DNA of 64,000 nucleotides, from the IMG/VR virus record IMGVR_UViG_3300037088_000888. One strand, written 5' to 3'. The DNA is from an uncultured virus (IMG/VR IMGVR_UViG_3300037088_000888). Taxonomy: Duplodnaviria > Heunggongvirae > Uroviricota > Caudoviricetes. Shown here piece by piece: positions 40,442 through 50,698 of this stretch (positions within the stretch are counted from its first letter, which is position 1; each line of letters opens with the position of its first letter). Both the position numbers and the translations under genes were made by a program. The notes under the pieces were generated by a model. That model was not told the DNA's origin. It saw only the letters and a list, made by a program, of their open reading frames with translations, and ran no database searches.

Positions 40442-43216
40442 TTATGCACCAATATCAGCGAATGATGCTCCAGAAGGAGTAATTGTAAATGTGATTCCAA
40501 TGAATTCAACAGCACGTGTTGGTTTCAAGTATAAATCACCATACAATTCATTTCTGTCCATACTTTCTTGACTGTTATTGCTATTATCCATCTTGATTTT
40601 GTAATCATTCAAACCTCTTTCTCTCTTAATTGTATCAAGAACTGGAGTAGATTTAGTTATGAATTGATCAATTGTTGTTTGGTCACCTTGTTCAAATACA
40701 AGTCTGATTGCGATATTTGCAATAAGAACTTTAATTTGAAGTAATAATCTACGAACATTGATTCTGTCAAGAGCACTTTCTTTAACTTGTAATGTTTTTT
40801 GTCCAAATATTGCTGTACCTGCATCTGCAAAATCAGCCAATGGGTTAATTCTACCTTTGTATAAAACGTCACGAGCATCCTGTGACAATTTGAACATTGA
40901 TTTTCTTGCATCAGTTACACCACGATTCAAACCAGCAGGTGCGAACCAAGGGAATGCAGTATTGTCAGTAAATGCCATTGCTTTTACAACTTCACCTGTA
41001 GGTGGAAGATATACGTTAACATTATTCTGAGTATCTACTATCTGTATCCAAGGGAAGTATGTACATGAATAACTACTGTCAATACCAGTGTCATTAAGCA
41101 ATCCAGCAACGTCTGTTGCAAATTGAACATCTTGTTTTGGTTGACCAACTAATTGTGGATTTCCAATATTTGGAGCATCAATAACATATAATGTATCTGC
41201 TCTGTCCTGTTCAATTACATCAATTGTGTCTTCAACCAAAACAGTATTATCTGACCAGTTAATACCCGGGGTTGCAAAAAGATTGATTGTTACTTCTTCA
41301 GGATTTGAAAAAGTGTTAATTGCAGTCTGCCATGCTTGGAAGTCATTTAATGCTGTTTTTTGTTTTTCACTAATAATATTTCCATCATAAATTGCTCCTT
41401 GATTGTAGAAATCACCATATGAACGGTAACCTCTGTTCACATCCCAGCCATCAAAACCACCAGCAGGAACAAGTGTGAATTTTCTTGAATTAATATCAAA
41501 ATAAGGATTAGCTGGGTCTACAACATCATTAACAGTTTGGAACTTACCAGCACCTGTTTCAAATGTACCAATAACAATAGTTCCTTCAGTATAACCAGTT
41601 CCAGTTGCGCCAGAATCCATATGGAAACCACTACTTTTTGTAAAACCAGATGTTGCGTTACTTCCATCGTTTCTTAAACCATTAAAATTAAAGAAATTTT
41701 GATTAATGCCGCTTCCAATTGAAGTTGCGGTTGAATATCCATTTTCAGATATGCCCAAATATACTTTTCTAAGTTTATCTGTCTGTGTATAACTTGTTTT
41801 ATAGAAAATTTTAGGTGGAATACCATTTACACCAGATGTTGTTTTTGTTATGGCTGAAGTATAGTTATTAAATTCATATCCTTCAAAACCAGCAGGGAAT
41901 AAATCAGGAGAAAGATTATCTGCAAGTTCAACCATAACATAATCACTTACGATATCATATACGCCATCTACAGTACCAATACGCTGTCCGATAAAAGTTG
42001 TTAATCCCTGAATTAATGAACATCTTGTGTATGATTCTAATACGATTGGATTTGCATCAGTATCGTTAAAATCACGAATTACTACGTCAAATTCCAAAGT
42101 TATTGGATTAATGTTTGCTATGCTGATTTTAATTTCTTGGTTAGCAGCATCACCATCTGAAATACTGACAAATTTAAATAATCTGTCGATTTCACTACCT
42201 TTTAATTGAGATACAACCCAAGGAGTTTCAGGAGTCTGAAAAATTGTTTTATAATTTGTATAAACGTCAGATTTGCAATCAATCAATTTGGTATTAATAC
42301 CATATCCATATCCGTTAGCATCTAACAAGTTAATTAAATCTGGATATGCTTCTTGAACCCAAATCTTAGTGTTTTTATCTTTTGGTAAAGAACCAACTAC
42401 ATTTGGTAAGAAACTACTTGAATTTGGATTTAAAGTAGCTGTATATTTTGTGCCATCTGATGTTTGTAATGTAAATTGTGCAAACAAATCACCAGTACCT
42501 AAATTTGTGTTATTTGCTATTACTGTAAGACCAGTTGTATAAAATGTTGTTGTTGATGGAGCATTTACATTATCAGTTACATTACCTCTACTTCTAATTA
42601 CAGCGAGTACCATATTTTCATATTTACTATATGAAGTACCTGTCATTACAGTTACCACATCACTAACAGTACCACTTGTACCACCAGTTATTGTAAGTAC
42701 TTTAAATGTGTGTAAATGTCCAGTAAATTTAGTAGTTCCACTTGTTTTAATGTAACCATTAAATGATGTACCTGTTTGACCAGTTAAACTTAATGAAACA
42801 CCTAAATAACTACCACCAGTAAATCCAGAAGTACCAGTAGTTGCTGTTGATTTTCCTTCTGTTTTTGGATCAATACTAGCACTTAATGTAATTGCCCATG
42901 CTTTACCTGCGTCATATCCAGATAATCCCAATACTCTTGTTACATATAACTGATTGGTTTCTTCCAAATATGCATTTGCCACATATGGTAATTGATATTT
43001 AAGACCCTTATCGCCACTTGCAAATCTTTCAATGCTTTGAGCACCGAATCTTGTTTGAAATTGACCTTTATCTTGAATAAAGATATGTTCAAATGCAGGT
43101 CCTTTTAATGTTTCACCAACTAAACCTAAAGTGGTTATGCCTACGTTACGTGTTACAAATGTTAAATCACGTTCTCTAAATTTTGCTCCCGGAGAGACAA
43201 ATACAAATTCTGCCAT
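40442..43216 (-). CDS. Contractile tail sheath protein (T4 gp18-like)
   Basis: FVSPG, PWFAPAGLNRG, INP, FGQKTL, LDRINVRRL, KPTRAVEFI; GTATTTAT at 43269-43276. Confidence 0.93.
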   Translation of the reverse strand: MAEFVFVSPGAKFRERDLTFVTRNVGITTLGLVGETLKGPAFEHIFIQDKGQFQTRFGAQSIERFASGDKGLKYQLPYVANAYLEETNQLYVTRVLGLSGYDAGKAWAITLSASIDPKTEGKSTATTGTSGFTGGSYLGVSLSLTGQTGTSFNGYIKTSGTTKFTGHLHTFKVLTITGGTSGTVSDVVTVMTGTSYSKYENMVLAVIRSRGNVTDNVNAPSTTTFYTTGLTVIANNTNLGTGDLFAQFTLQTSDGTKYTATLNPNSSSFLPNVVGSLPKDKNTKIWVQEAYPDLINLLDANGYGYGINTKLIDCKSDVYTNYKTIFQTPETPWVVSQLKGSEIDRLFKFVSISDGDAANQEIKISIANINPITLEFDVVIRDFNDTDANPIVLESYTRCSLIQGLTTFIGQRIGTVDGVYDIVSDYVMVELADNLSPDLFPAGFEGYEFNNYTSAITKTTSGVNGIPPKIFYKTSYTQTDKLRKVYLGISENGYSTATSIGSGINQNFFNFNGLRNDGSNATSGFTKSSGFHMDSGATGTGYTEGTIVIGTFETGAGKFQTVNDVVDPANPYFDINSRKFTLVPAGGFDGWDVNRGYRSYGDFYNQGAIYDGNIISEKQKTALNDFQAWQTAINTFSNPEEVTINLFATPGINWSDNTVLVEDTIDVIEQDRADTLYVIDAPNIGNPQLVGQPKQDVQFATDVAGLLNDTGIDSSYSCTYFPWIQIVDTQNNVNVYLPPTGEVVKAMAFTDNTAFPWFAPAGLNRGVTDARKSMFKLSQDARDVLYKGRINPLADFADAGTAIFGQKTLQVKESALDRINVRRLLLQIKVLIANIAIRLVFEQGDQTTIDQFITKSTPVLDTIKRERGLNDYKIKMDNSNNSQESMDRNELYGDLYLKPTRAVEFIGITFTITPSGASFADIGA

Positions 43217-43611
43217 GTCTATAATTATTAATGTTTTCTATTATTATTAACTTTTACTACTTTTTCAAATAAATACTAAAAAAATATGCAAAAGGTAATT
43301 TTATAAAATTAATATAACGATGATATTCTCACTCATAAATGCAGATTTTAATGTTTTTGATATTTTTATCTTTAAATTTTAGATTTTTTTGATTTTTTTG
43401 CCCCAAATTTTTTCAAATTTCGAAGAAAAAAATTTTTTACTTTTTTGAAAAATAATTATTTTTTTTATAATATTTTAGAATGCTGTACATATATCGATTT
43501 CTATTATGCCAATATTTAAATAAATATGTTATAATTTATAATAAATATTTATTATTGCTTTTTATTTAAAGATAAAGTATTTATCTTTGTAACAGTAAAT
43601 ATTATAAACAT

Positions 43612-45474
43612 ATGAAAAATGCTATATTAAATGTGATAAAGGATAATAAAGGAAATATTCAAACACGTAGAATTACAGAATCTTATTTTAAGAAAAATTA
43701 TTTTGAATTATATTTTCAAATAAATAATTCATTTGATTCGTCATTATCATTTAATGCTAAACTCTATCTGATATATAATGAAATAAACGAAAAGCCAAAA
43801 TGTGTTATTTGTGGAAATGATGTTAAATTTAAAAAATTTAGTCAGGGTTTTTCAAAATATTGTTCAATGAAATGTATTGGAAATGACCATGAAGTACAAA
43901 TAAAAAGAGAAAACACTACTGAAAATTTATATGGTAGTAAACATATATTAGCATCGCCAAATTTTATTAAAAATATAAAAGAAACTAATCTAAAAAAATA
44001 TGGTGTTGAATATCCGCAACAATTAGAATCAATTAAAGAAAAAACAAAACAAACTAATATAGATAGACATGGTGTTGAATATCCGCAACAATCAGAATCA
44101 ATTAGAAAAAAAACAATAATAACAAATTTATATAAATATGGTGTTGAAAATGTTAATCAAAATAATGAAATACGTGATAAAGCAAAAAAAACTAAACTGA
44201 AAAAATACGGTAATGAAAATTATAACAACAAATTAAAAACTAAAAATACCAATCAAGAAAAATATAATGTTGATTTTATATTTCAATCAAAATCTATTCG
44301 TGATAAGATAAAAAACACTAATCTAAAAAAATATGGATTTGAACAATCATCACGAAATAAATTAATAAAGGAAAAAATAAAAAATACAAATATAGAAACA
44401 AAACAAATAAATGGCAAATCTTTTTGGTCAAAAAAATTAAATTTGAATAATACTGATATTAACTATAATGAATTTGGTGAAATTATTATATCAAATTTAT
44501 GTAAAATACATAATACGTTTATAATAAGTAAATCATTATTAAAAAATCGTTTAAGAGAAAATATTGAAAATATTTGCACGCAATGTAATCCTATTAATGA
44601 AAATGTATCAATTAAGGAAAACGAAATCCGTGATTTTATTGAAAACGAATTAAATATAAAAACAGAAAAAATTAGAATAAATAATAGAGAAATAGATATC
44701 TACATACCTGATCATAAATTAGGAATCGAATTTAATGGTTTATATTGGCATAGTCATTTATATAAAGATAGTGATTATCATTTGAATAAAACAAAAGAAT
44801 GCGAGAAACAAGAAATACAACTAATTCAAATATTTGAAGATGAATGGGTTAATAAAAAAGAAATTATTAAAAGTATTATTAAAAGTAAATTAGGATTAAT
44901 TGAAAATAAAATATTTGCAAGAAAATGTGAAATAAAAGAAATCAATAATAATATATGTAAAGAATTTTTAGAAATTAATCATATTCAAGGTAATATTAAC
45001 TCATCCATCAAGATAGGTTTATTTTATAATGATGAATTAGTTTCGATTATGACATTTGGTAAAAAACGTGCAAGTTTAGGGAGTAAAAATATTAATAATG
45101 AATATGAGTTATTACGATTTTGTAATAAACTTAATACTACAACTATTGGCGGAGCAGATAAATTATTAAAATATTTTATAAAACATTATCTGCCAAACAA
45201 TATTTTAACTTATGCCGATAGAAGGTATTCACAAGGAAATTTATATAAGCAATTGAGATTTAAATTTATAGGTAATACTAAACCAAATTATTGGTATTTT
45301 AATAATAAAACAAAAGAATTAAAAAGATATTATAGATATTCATATAGAAAGAATATTTTAATTAAACAAGGATTTGATATACAGAAAACCGAACATCAAA
45401 TTATGGAAGAAAGAGGATATTTAAGAATTTATGATTGTGGACATATGAAATATGAAATGTTTTTAAAAAATTAA
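43612..45474 (+). CDS. Putative homing endonuclease (Zn motif, KYGV repeats, Vsr/DUF559-like nuclease, GNAT-like C-terminus)
   Basis: CVIC...YCS..C; repeated TNLKKYGVE; EIDIYIP..LGIEFNGLYWH; IFEDEW; LRFCNK..GGADKLL..YADRRYS. Confidence 0.7.
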   Translation: MKNAILNVIKDNKGNIQTRRITESYFKKNYFELYFQINNSFDSSLSFNAKLYLIYNEINEKPKCVICGNDVKFKKFSQGFSKYCSMKCIGNDHEVQIKRENTTENLYGSKHILASPNFIKNIKETNLKKYGVEYPQQLESIKEKTKQTNIDRHGVEYPQQSESIRKKTIITNLYKYGVENVNQNNEIRDKAKKTKLKKYGNENYNNKLKTKNTNQEKYNVDFIFQSKSIRDKIKNTNLKKYGFEQSSRNKLIKEKIKNTNIETKQINGKSFWSKKLNLNNTDINYNEFGEIIISNLCKIHNTFIISKSLLKNRLRENIENICTQCNPINENVSIKENEIRDFIENELNIKTEKIRINNREIDIYIPDHKLGIEFNGLYWHSHLYKDSDYHLNKTKECEKQEIQLIQIFEDEWVNKKEIIKSIIKSKLGLIENKIFARKCEIKEINNNICKEFLEINHIQGNINSSIKIGLFYNDELVSIMTFGKKRASLGSKNINNEYELLRFCNKLNTTTIGGADKLLKYFIKHYLPNNILTYADRRYSQGNLYKQLRFKFIGNTKPNYWYFNNKTKELKRYYRYSYRKNILIKQGFDIQKTEHQIMEERGYLRIYDCGHMKYEMFLKN

Positions 45475-45510
45475 TAAAATATGAAACTATTTATTGAAAA
45501 TGGTTAATGT

Positions 45511-47757
45511 ATGAATAAATCACAACGTATTCAATTAAACAGCAATACAATAAATTCAGATAATTATGTAATAGTAAAACTTGATCAGGATGTTGATACT
45601 CTTGAATTTCTTTCTATGAATCTCAGCACTAAAGATATTTATCAGAGTTTTAACGCAGATTATGGTGTATTGGTAGGAAGAGTTATTGCAAATGGTGGTA
45701 TTGGTGTACCAAATGCTAAAATAAGTATTTTCATTCCATTAGATACCACCGATGCAAACGATAGTGAAATATCCAGCATTTATCCTTATACAACTCCAAG
45801 AGATAAAAACACTGATGGTAAAAGATATAATCTATTACCACGTGTTGCACAGATCGAACAAGCAACAGGTGAATATAAACCAAAACAACCATTTGGCTCG
45901 TTTCCGATTAAACCAGAATTAGTAACCAATCAAACATTTTTAAATGTATATAAAAAATATTATAAATATACTGCATTAACAAATGACAGTGGTGATTATA
46001 TGATTTTTGGCGTACCAATAGGTACACAAACAATTCACCTAAGTGTAGATATTACTGATATTGGTAAGTATAGCATGACACCAACAAGCATGATAACTGC
46101 TGGTTATCCTGCAAATTTATTTGTTGGTGGTGGTAAATCAATAAAACCAAGCACGGATTTGAGTGATTTACCCAATATCGAAACACAAGAAATTTCTGTT
46201 GAAATTATGCCGTTTTGGGGAGATACTACAAATTTTACAATTGGTATTACTCGTCAAGACTTTAGAATTCGTGCAATACTTCAAGCAAGTTTCACAATAT
46301 TTGGTACTTCAATGACAATGGGAACCGATGCAGTTTTTGGTGATCCTGATCTTAGTGAAAATGATAAAGCACTTTATTCAATAAGTCAAATTCAAGAAAA
46401 TAATATTGATATTAGGGTGAACAGAAGCACACCAATTGATTTTAAAATATTTACATACGGAACAAATGTTGACATGTCACAAGTTGATGAATTTCTTATT
46501 AGTGGAAGCACATTACCAGTTAATCCAGATGTTGATATTCGTGAATTAGATCAGTCAGAATATTTTATCTATAATAATAATGGTAACTTTTTACTTACAG
46601 TTCCATGTAATAGAAATAAAGTTATCACAGACGAATTCGGCAATGAAACACCAGTTCCAGATAATTATTCTTCTGGGGTATTTACTAAATTCTATGGAAT
46701 GGCACTCGTAAGATACGATGATAATATCAGTACAATTCCAATAACTAAAACATTCTCAGATGAATACAAAACCAATCACCCGGGTCACACAACACGCTGT
46801 AGTTGGCTTAAAATACCACAATATACTCCGTTTGAATATGAAGCAGACGTTAATTCACCAACAGTAGATAATAGTAAATGGAGATTAAAATATGCAACAT
46901 TTATTGGTGGTGAAGTATACAGCGTTGCACAATTCTTTCCAATAAGAAATACAAGAGGGGCAAATACTTTAACTGGCTTATATATTGATACTGGTTTTCA
47001 AAACACAATTAACTATTTGAGTGCTTCTGAAATGAATGCAAATAGATTTAATATGGCTGGATTATTGATTAAAGTTGGTGGAACTGACGGTGTAACACAG
47101 GATAAGTTGGATGAACAAAATTACCTTGGCACACCACCCTCAGAAGTTCAAACCACTTTCAGATATGATTTTTCGCCTAATGCTAATTTTATTGACACAA
47201 ATAGTGTAACCAATTATTATTTTGGAGGGCAATGGTTAAACTTTTGTCTTGCATTTCCACAATTTACATATAACGTCAGTACCGATGTAGAACCTAATAG
47301 ATATTTTGGTGTTGCAGACGTTTTTACACAATATTTCTTCGCAGCAGTTTCTAATTATTTCAGAGCAGATAACCAACAGAAATTAATTGGTGGTTATAAG
47401 AACTCAAAATTTGTAATAAGAGGTGATGCTTTTAATACCGATTTTGTAAATATATCGAAAAATGATCTGACCAAACTTAATAATGTACATTTAAAGGGTT
47501 TGAATATTAGAAAATGGAATTTAAATGCTGAATCTATTTCCAATAACACAAATATTATTATTAGTGCTAAAGGTTTAAAATATTTAAATCCAAGTTCAGT
47601 ACCCACAAGTCAGGCAATTTGGAATCAGGCAGGTTGGGATGCGTATTATTCAGGATATGGAACAATACCTGCAGGTGAACCCGTAACAGCGTTTATTTTT
47701 AAAGGCACATATGATAGTGATTGTGTTCAAATGCTTGCAGATTTTAATGTAATATAA
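45511..47757 (+). CDS. Large hypothetical virion protein
   Basis: 748 aa; N-terminal GRVIANGGIGVPNAKISIF beta-sandwich; CTATTTAT upstream. Confidence 0.5.
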   Translation: MNKSQRIQLNSNTINSDNYVIVKLDQDVDTLEFLSMNLSTKDIYQSFNADYGVLVGRVIANGGIGVPNAKISIFIPLDTTDANDSEISSIYPYTTPRDKNTDGKRYNLLPRVAQIEQATGEYKPKQPFGSFPIKPELVTNQTFLNVYKKYYKYTALTNDSGDYMIFGVPIGTQTIHLSVDITDIGKYSMTPTSMITAGYPANLFVGGGKSIKPSTDLSDLPNIETQEISVEIMPFWGDTTNFTIGITRQDFRIRAILQASFTIFGTSMTMGTDAVFGDPDLSENDKALYSISQIQENNIDIRVNRSTPIDFKIFTYGTNVDMSQVDEFLISGSTLPVNPDVDIRELDQSEYFIYNNNGNFLLTVPCNRNKVITDEFGNETPVPDNYSSGVFTKFYGMALVRYDDNISTIPITKTFSDEYKTNHPGHTTRCSWLKIPQYTPFEYEADVNSPTVDNSKWRLKYATFIGGEVYSVAQFFPIRNTRGANTLTGLYIDTGFQNTINYLSASEMNANRFNMAGLLIKVGGTDGVTQDKLDEQNYLGTPPSEVQTTFRYDFSPNANFIDTNSVTNYYFGGQWLNFCLAFPQFTYNVSTDVEPNRYFGVADVFTQYFFAAVSNYFRADNQQKLIGGYKNSKFVIRGDAFNTDFVNISKNDLTKLNNVHLKGLNIRKWNLNAESISNNTNIIISAKGLKYLNPSSVPTSQAIWNQAGWDAYYSGYGTIPAGEPVTAFIFKGTYDSDCVQMLADFNVI

Positions 47758-47782
47758 TTAAAAAACTTGAATTCGGGGTAGT

Positions 47783-48307
47783 TCACTTAAAATTATTAAT
47801 TGGTAGACTTATCCCCATTATCAATGAAAGTCCTTTTGTAAAGTCTCGAAAACCTGTGGGTGCTTTTCTGAATATTATATCTGTACCTGCTGTAGTTCCG
47901 ATGTAATCAAATTTTTGTCCATTAGCTATATTATATGAAGCATCAAAAAGACTGTATCTCAAGAATGCGTAATCGAGAATATAACCGTACCATTTATGTT
48001 TATCATATTTCATTAAAAATGGACTTGCTACAAGTGTACCAATACTTAGAGCATTACAAGCATGTCCCCATGTTTTATGATTGTTGTTATTCAAACCATC
48101 CCCAACGCCATTGAGAATTATCGAAGTACTATATATTAGTATAGTCTTTAATGCTTCATCATGATATACTTTAACTGGTTTATAGTCAGAATTGAATTTT
48201 TGATTATAATAATTATAATCCAAACCTGTTGCTGTTTGTGTTTGCGCAAATAATATTGTTGTTAACACTAACATTGTGGACATTAAAAATAAGATTTTTT
48301 TCATCAT
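47783..48307 (-). CDS. Secreted/membrane hypothetical protein
   Basis: Signal-peptide-like MMKKILFLMSTMLVLTTILFA; further hydrophobic segments. Confidence 0.6.
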   Translation of the reverse strand: MMKKILFLMSTMLVLTTILFAQTQTATGLDYNYYNQKFNSDYKPVKVYHDEALKTILIYSTSIILNGVGDGLNNNNHKTWGHACNALSIGTLVASPFLMKYDKHKWYGYILDYAFLRYSLFDASYNIANGQKFDYIGTTAGTDIIFRKAPTGFRDFTKGLSLIMGISLPINNFK

Positions 48308-48332
48308 TATAAATTTAAGTTAATACTATATT

Positions 48333-48565
48333 TATCTCTTATACGTAATCTGATTCAAAAAAGTTACAAATTTCTCGGATTTATTATATATTTCAATTTT
48401 TACAAAATAGTTTCAATAATTGAATTGTTTCTGCATCAGTCAAAAATTGATCGAATGGTTCTGGTTGTAAATAATAAATCTTTTTCATAATTTCGATTTT
48501 AAGTTAATAAAACTGATTAGTAAATAATATCTCTTATACGTAAAGTAATTCAAAAAAGTTACAAA
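48333..48565 (-). repeat. Two 38-bp direct repeats (48333-48370, 48528-48565); candidate promoters
   Basis: TATCTCTTATACGTAA-N4-ATTCAAAAAAGTTACAAA in both copies; each lies upstream of a minus-strand ORF. Confidence 0.75.
48393..48488 (-). CDS. 31-aa small ORF
   Basis: MKKIYYLQPEPFDQFLTDAETIQLLKLFCKN; downstream of one repeat copy. Confidence 0.4.
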   Translation of the reverse strand: MKKIYYLQPEPFDQFLTDAETIQLLKLFCKN

Positions 48566-48609
48566 AATCATAAAAAATTTTTAAGGTATTTATAATAAAG
48601 TCATAAAAA

Positions 48610-49791
48610 GTGAAGATATTGCTCAATAGCCTAAAAAATGTTGCTTCTGTAAACGTTGATAATTACGAAAAAATTCAATTATCAAACAAATTATCATTAA
48701 TCAACGAATACGATATTAGGAACATACTTAGTGCTACCGAAATATTTGATAGTGAGAGAGAAGCAAGTGAAATTTATAGAATTTACGGTAAAATTGACTA
48801 TATTTCGCTATTGAATGGATTAAAAAACAACTACACTCAATTCTCAGACTTTTTTTATCCACAATTCAGTGGTAATAGTAAAAATATTCTTAATTCTTTT
48901 GACTTTTATCTTGTTAAACCAGCAAGTAGTGGTTATACACAAATTCTTAGCGGAGGAAGTACAATATTATGGACAAGATATTTTCAGGTAATTGCAACAC
49001 CAAATGAATTTGAAATATTTCCTGCTGGTTTTTCAAATAATGTATATGGAGAACAAGCATATGCATTTACATTTAATAAAGATTTTGATGTTTCGCCATA
49101 TCTTGATCAGTTCGGATTTCCATTAACCGAATTATTTTTATATGCACAATATAAGCCAACAGCCAATGGTTTAAACGCACCAGAAATGTTATCAGGTACA
49201 GTCTGGTCAGCAAGTGGTATTTCAAGCAGTTTTGCGTTTGCACCAATAGCATTAAACATCGGTGATTATGTTGAATCATTTTTTGGTGCTAAAATCGGTG
49301 ATTTAATTGAATATTCAAATATAGACTTTCTTCAGGTACAATTATTGCCACAAACATTTTATATTCAAACACCTTATAAAGACATCAGTGGTAATAGCAA
49401 AAATCTAATCTGGAAATACAATCCATTTATTTCATTTCCATTAAGATATTTTGCAGATGAATTAAATCAGGTAAACACTGGCAGTACCTCATACGATCAA
49501 ACAATAGCAATACCATATTATGCAACACCAATTGATATTTATGGTAATTTTGTATGGAGAGATATATTATCACAAGGATATACTGACCCAACAACCAATT
49601 TAGGGGTTAATTATCCTTTCATGAATAAAAAAAGATATTTATTTTCAAATTTTGTATTAGATATAACACCAGATTTGAATGATACGGACACTTTAGCTGC
49701 ATTTGCAGAAGTATGGTATAGCAGATATGCCACAAAAATAACAACAGTACCGATTACTGATATTAGTAACATTGGAAAACCATGTCTATAA
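48610..49791 (+). CDS. Hypothetical virion protein
   Basis: 393 aa; GTATTTAT at 48586-48593. Confidence 0.55.
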   Translation: MKILLNSLKNVASVNVDNYEKIQLSNKLSLINEYDIRNILSATEIFDSEREASEIYRIYGKIDYISLLNGLKNNYTQFSDFFYPQFSGNSKNILNSFDFYLVKPASSGYTQILSGGSTILWTRYFQVIATPNEFEIFPAGFSNNVYGEQAYAFTFNKDFDVSPYLDQFGFPLTELFLYAQYKPTANGLNAPEMLSGTVWSASGISSSFAFAPIALNIGDYVESFFGAKIGDLIEYSNIDFLQVQLLPQTFYIQTPYKDISGNSKNLIWKYNPFISFPLRYFADELNQVNTGSTSYDQTIAIPYYATPIDIYGNFVWRDILSQGYTDPTTNLGVNYPFMNKKRYLFSNFVLDITPDLNDTDTLAAFAEVWYSRYATKITTVPITDISNIGKPCL

Positions 49792-50654
49792 TTAGAGAAA
49801 AAATAAGATTTAATACCAGCTTGGTTAGTATTAGTGGTAACACAGGCAATACATTTACTGGTAATACAATGAATTTAATAATTTCATTAGGTTCAAATGA
49901 AAATTTTATTGAATATGGAGAAGACATTGATAATTTAACACAATTTATTGCTCTTGATTTAGTAAATCCAGTAATCGATGGAGAAGTACGAAGATTTAAA
50001 TTAGTTCCTGCACCAACAAATGATATTTTACTTCAATTTTTCTTTTATAATGTAACTGCAAGCACATATCAGACAACATTTACTGCTGCTGGCTTTACAA
50101 ATGATGAAATAAGTAATAATAATGATAATTTACTTAACAGCTTCTTTATTTTAGATTTTTATGATACAGCCGATCTTAATAGTCAAACAAAAATATTCAC
50201 AACATATTTAACAAAAATTTTACAACCATATCATATTTCATTATCAACATACACTCCAGAATATCTCATTGGAACAACTGTAAGCAATCAATTATATCCT
50301 TGGTATATTCCATTATCATATATAAATGCACAAACTGGTTCGACTGTTATTGGATATGTTAAATTTAGTTTTTATAATGCCAAAACTGGCAACATAACAC
50401 CATTTTATAATCAAGATAATGAAAGTCTGACAACATCTGAAAGAATATTTTTTAAAGCACAATTGGATTTAACCAATATGACTTGGAAAATGTTAACTAC
50501 TGTATATTCGTATATTAAAGCAAAAGAAATTGCTAATAATAATTTATATGTTAATAAGGTTAATAATACTGTAGGTAATATGGATAATTTGCAACAAAAT
50601 CCACCAAGCGGTAATACATATAATTATAAGACAAACACTTATATTATTACGTAA
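49782..50654 (+). CDS. Hypothetical virion protein
   Basis: 290 aa, coupled to the previous gene. Confidence 0.55.
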   Translation: MSIIREKIRFNTSLVSISGNTGNTFTGNTMNLIISLGSNENFIEYGEDIDNLTQFIALDLVNPVIDGEVRRFKLVPAPTNDILLQFFFYNVTASTYQTTFTAAGFTNDEISNNNDNLLNSFFILDFYDTADLNSQTKIFTTYLTKILQPYHISLSTYTPEYLIGTTVSNQLYPWYIPLSYINAQTGSTVIGYVKFSFYNAKTGNITPFYNQDNESLTTSERIFFKAQLDLTNMTWKMLTTVYSYIKAKEIANNNLYVNKVNNTVGNMDNLQQNPPSGNTYNYKTNTYIIT

Positions 50655-50698
50655 CCTATTCTTGTTTTCCTTGATGTTTTTATATTTGATAATTTAAT

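Noticed and set aside
43332..43352. Third tnpB remnant (reads LINADFN)
   Set aside because: Seven-residue match in AT-rich DNA with none of the downstream hairpins; probably chance.
48333..48565. Mini-CRISPR array
   Set aside because: Only two copies, 157 nt apart, with a small ORF between them; better explained as promoters.
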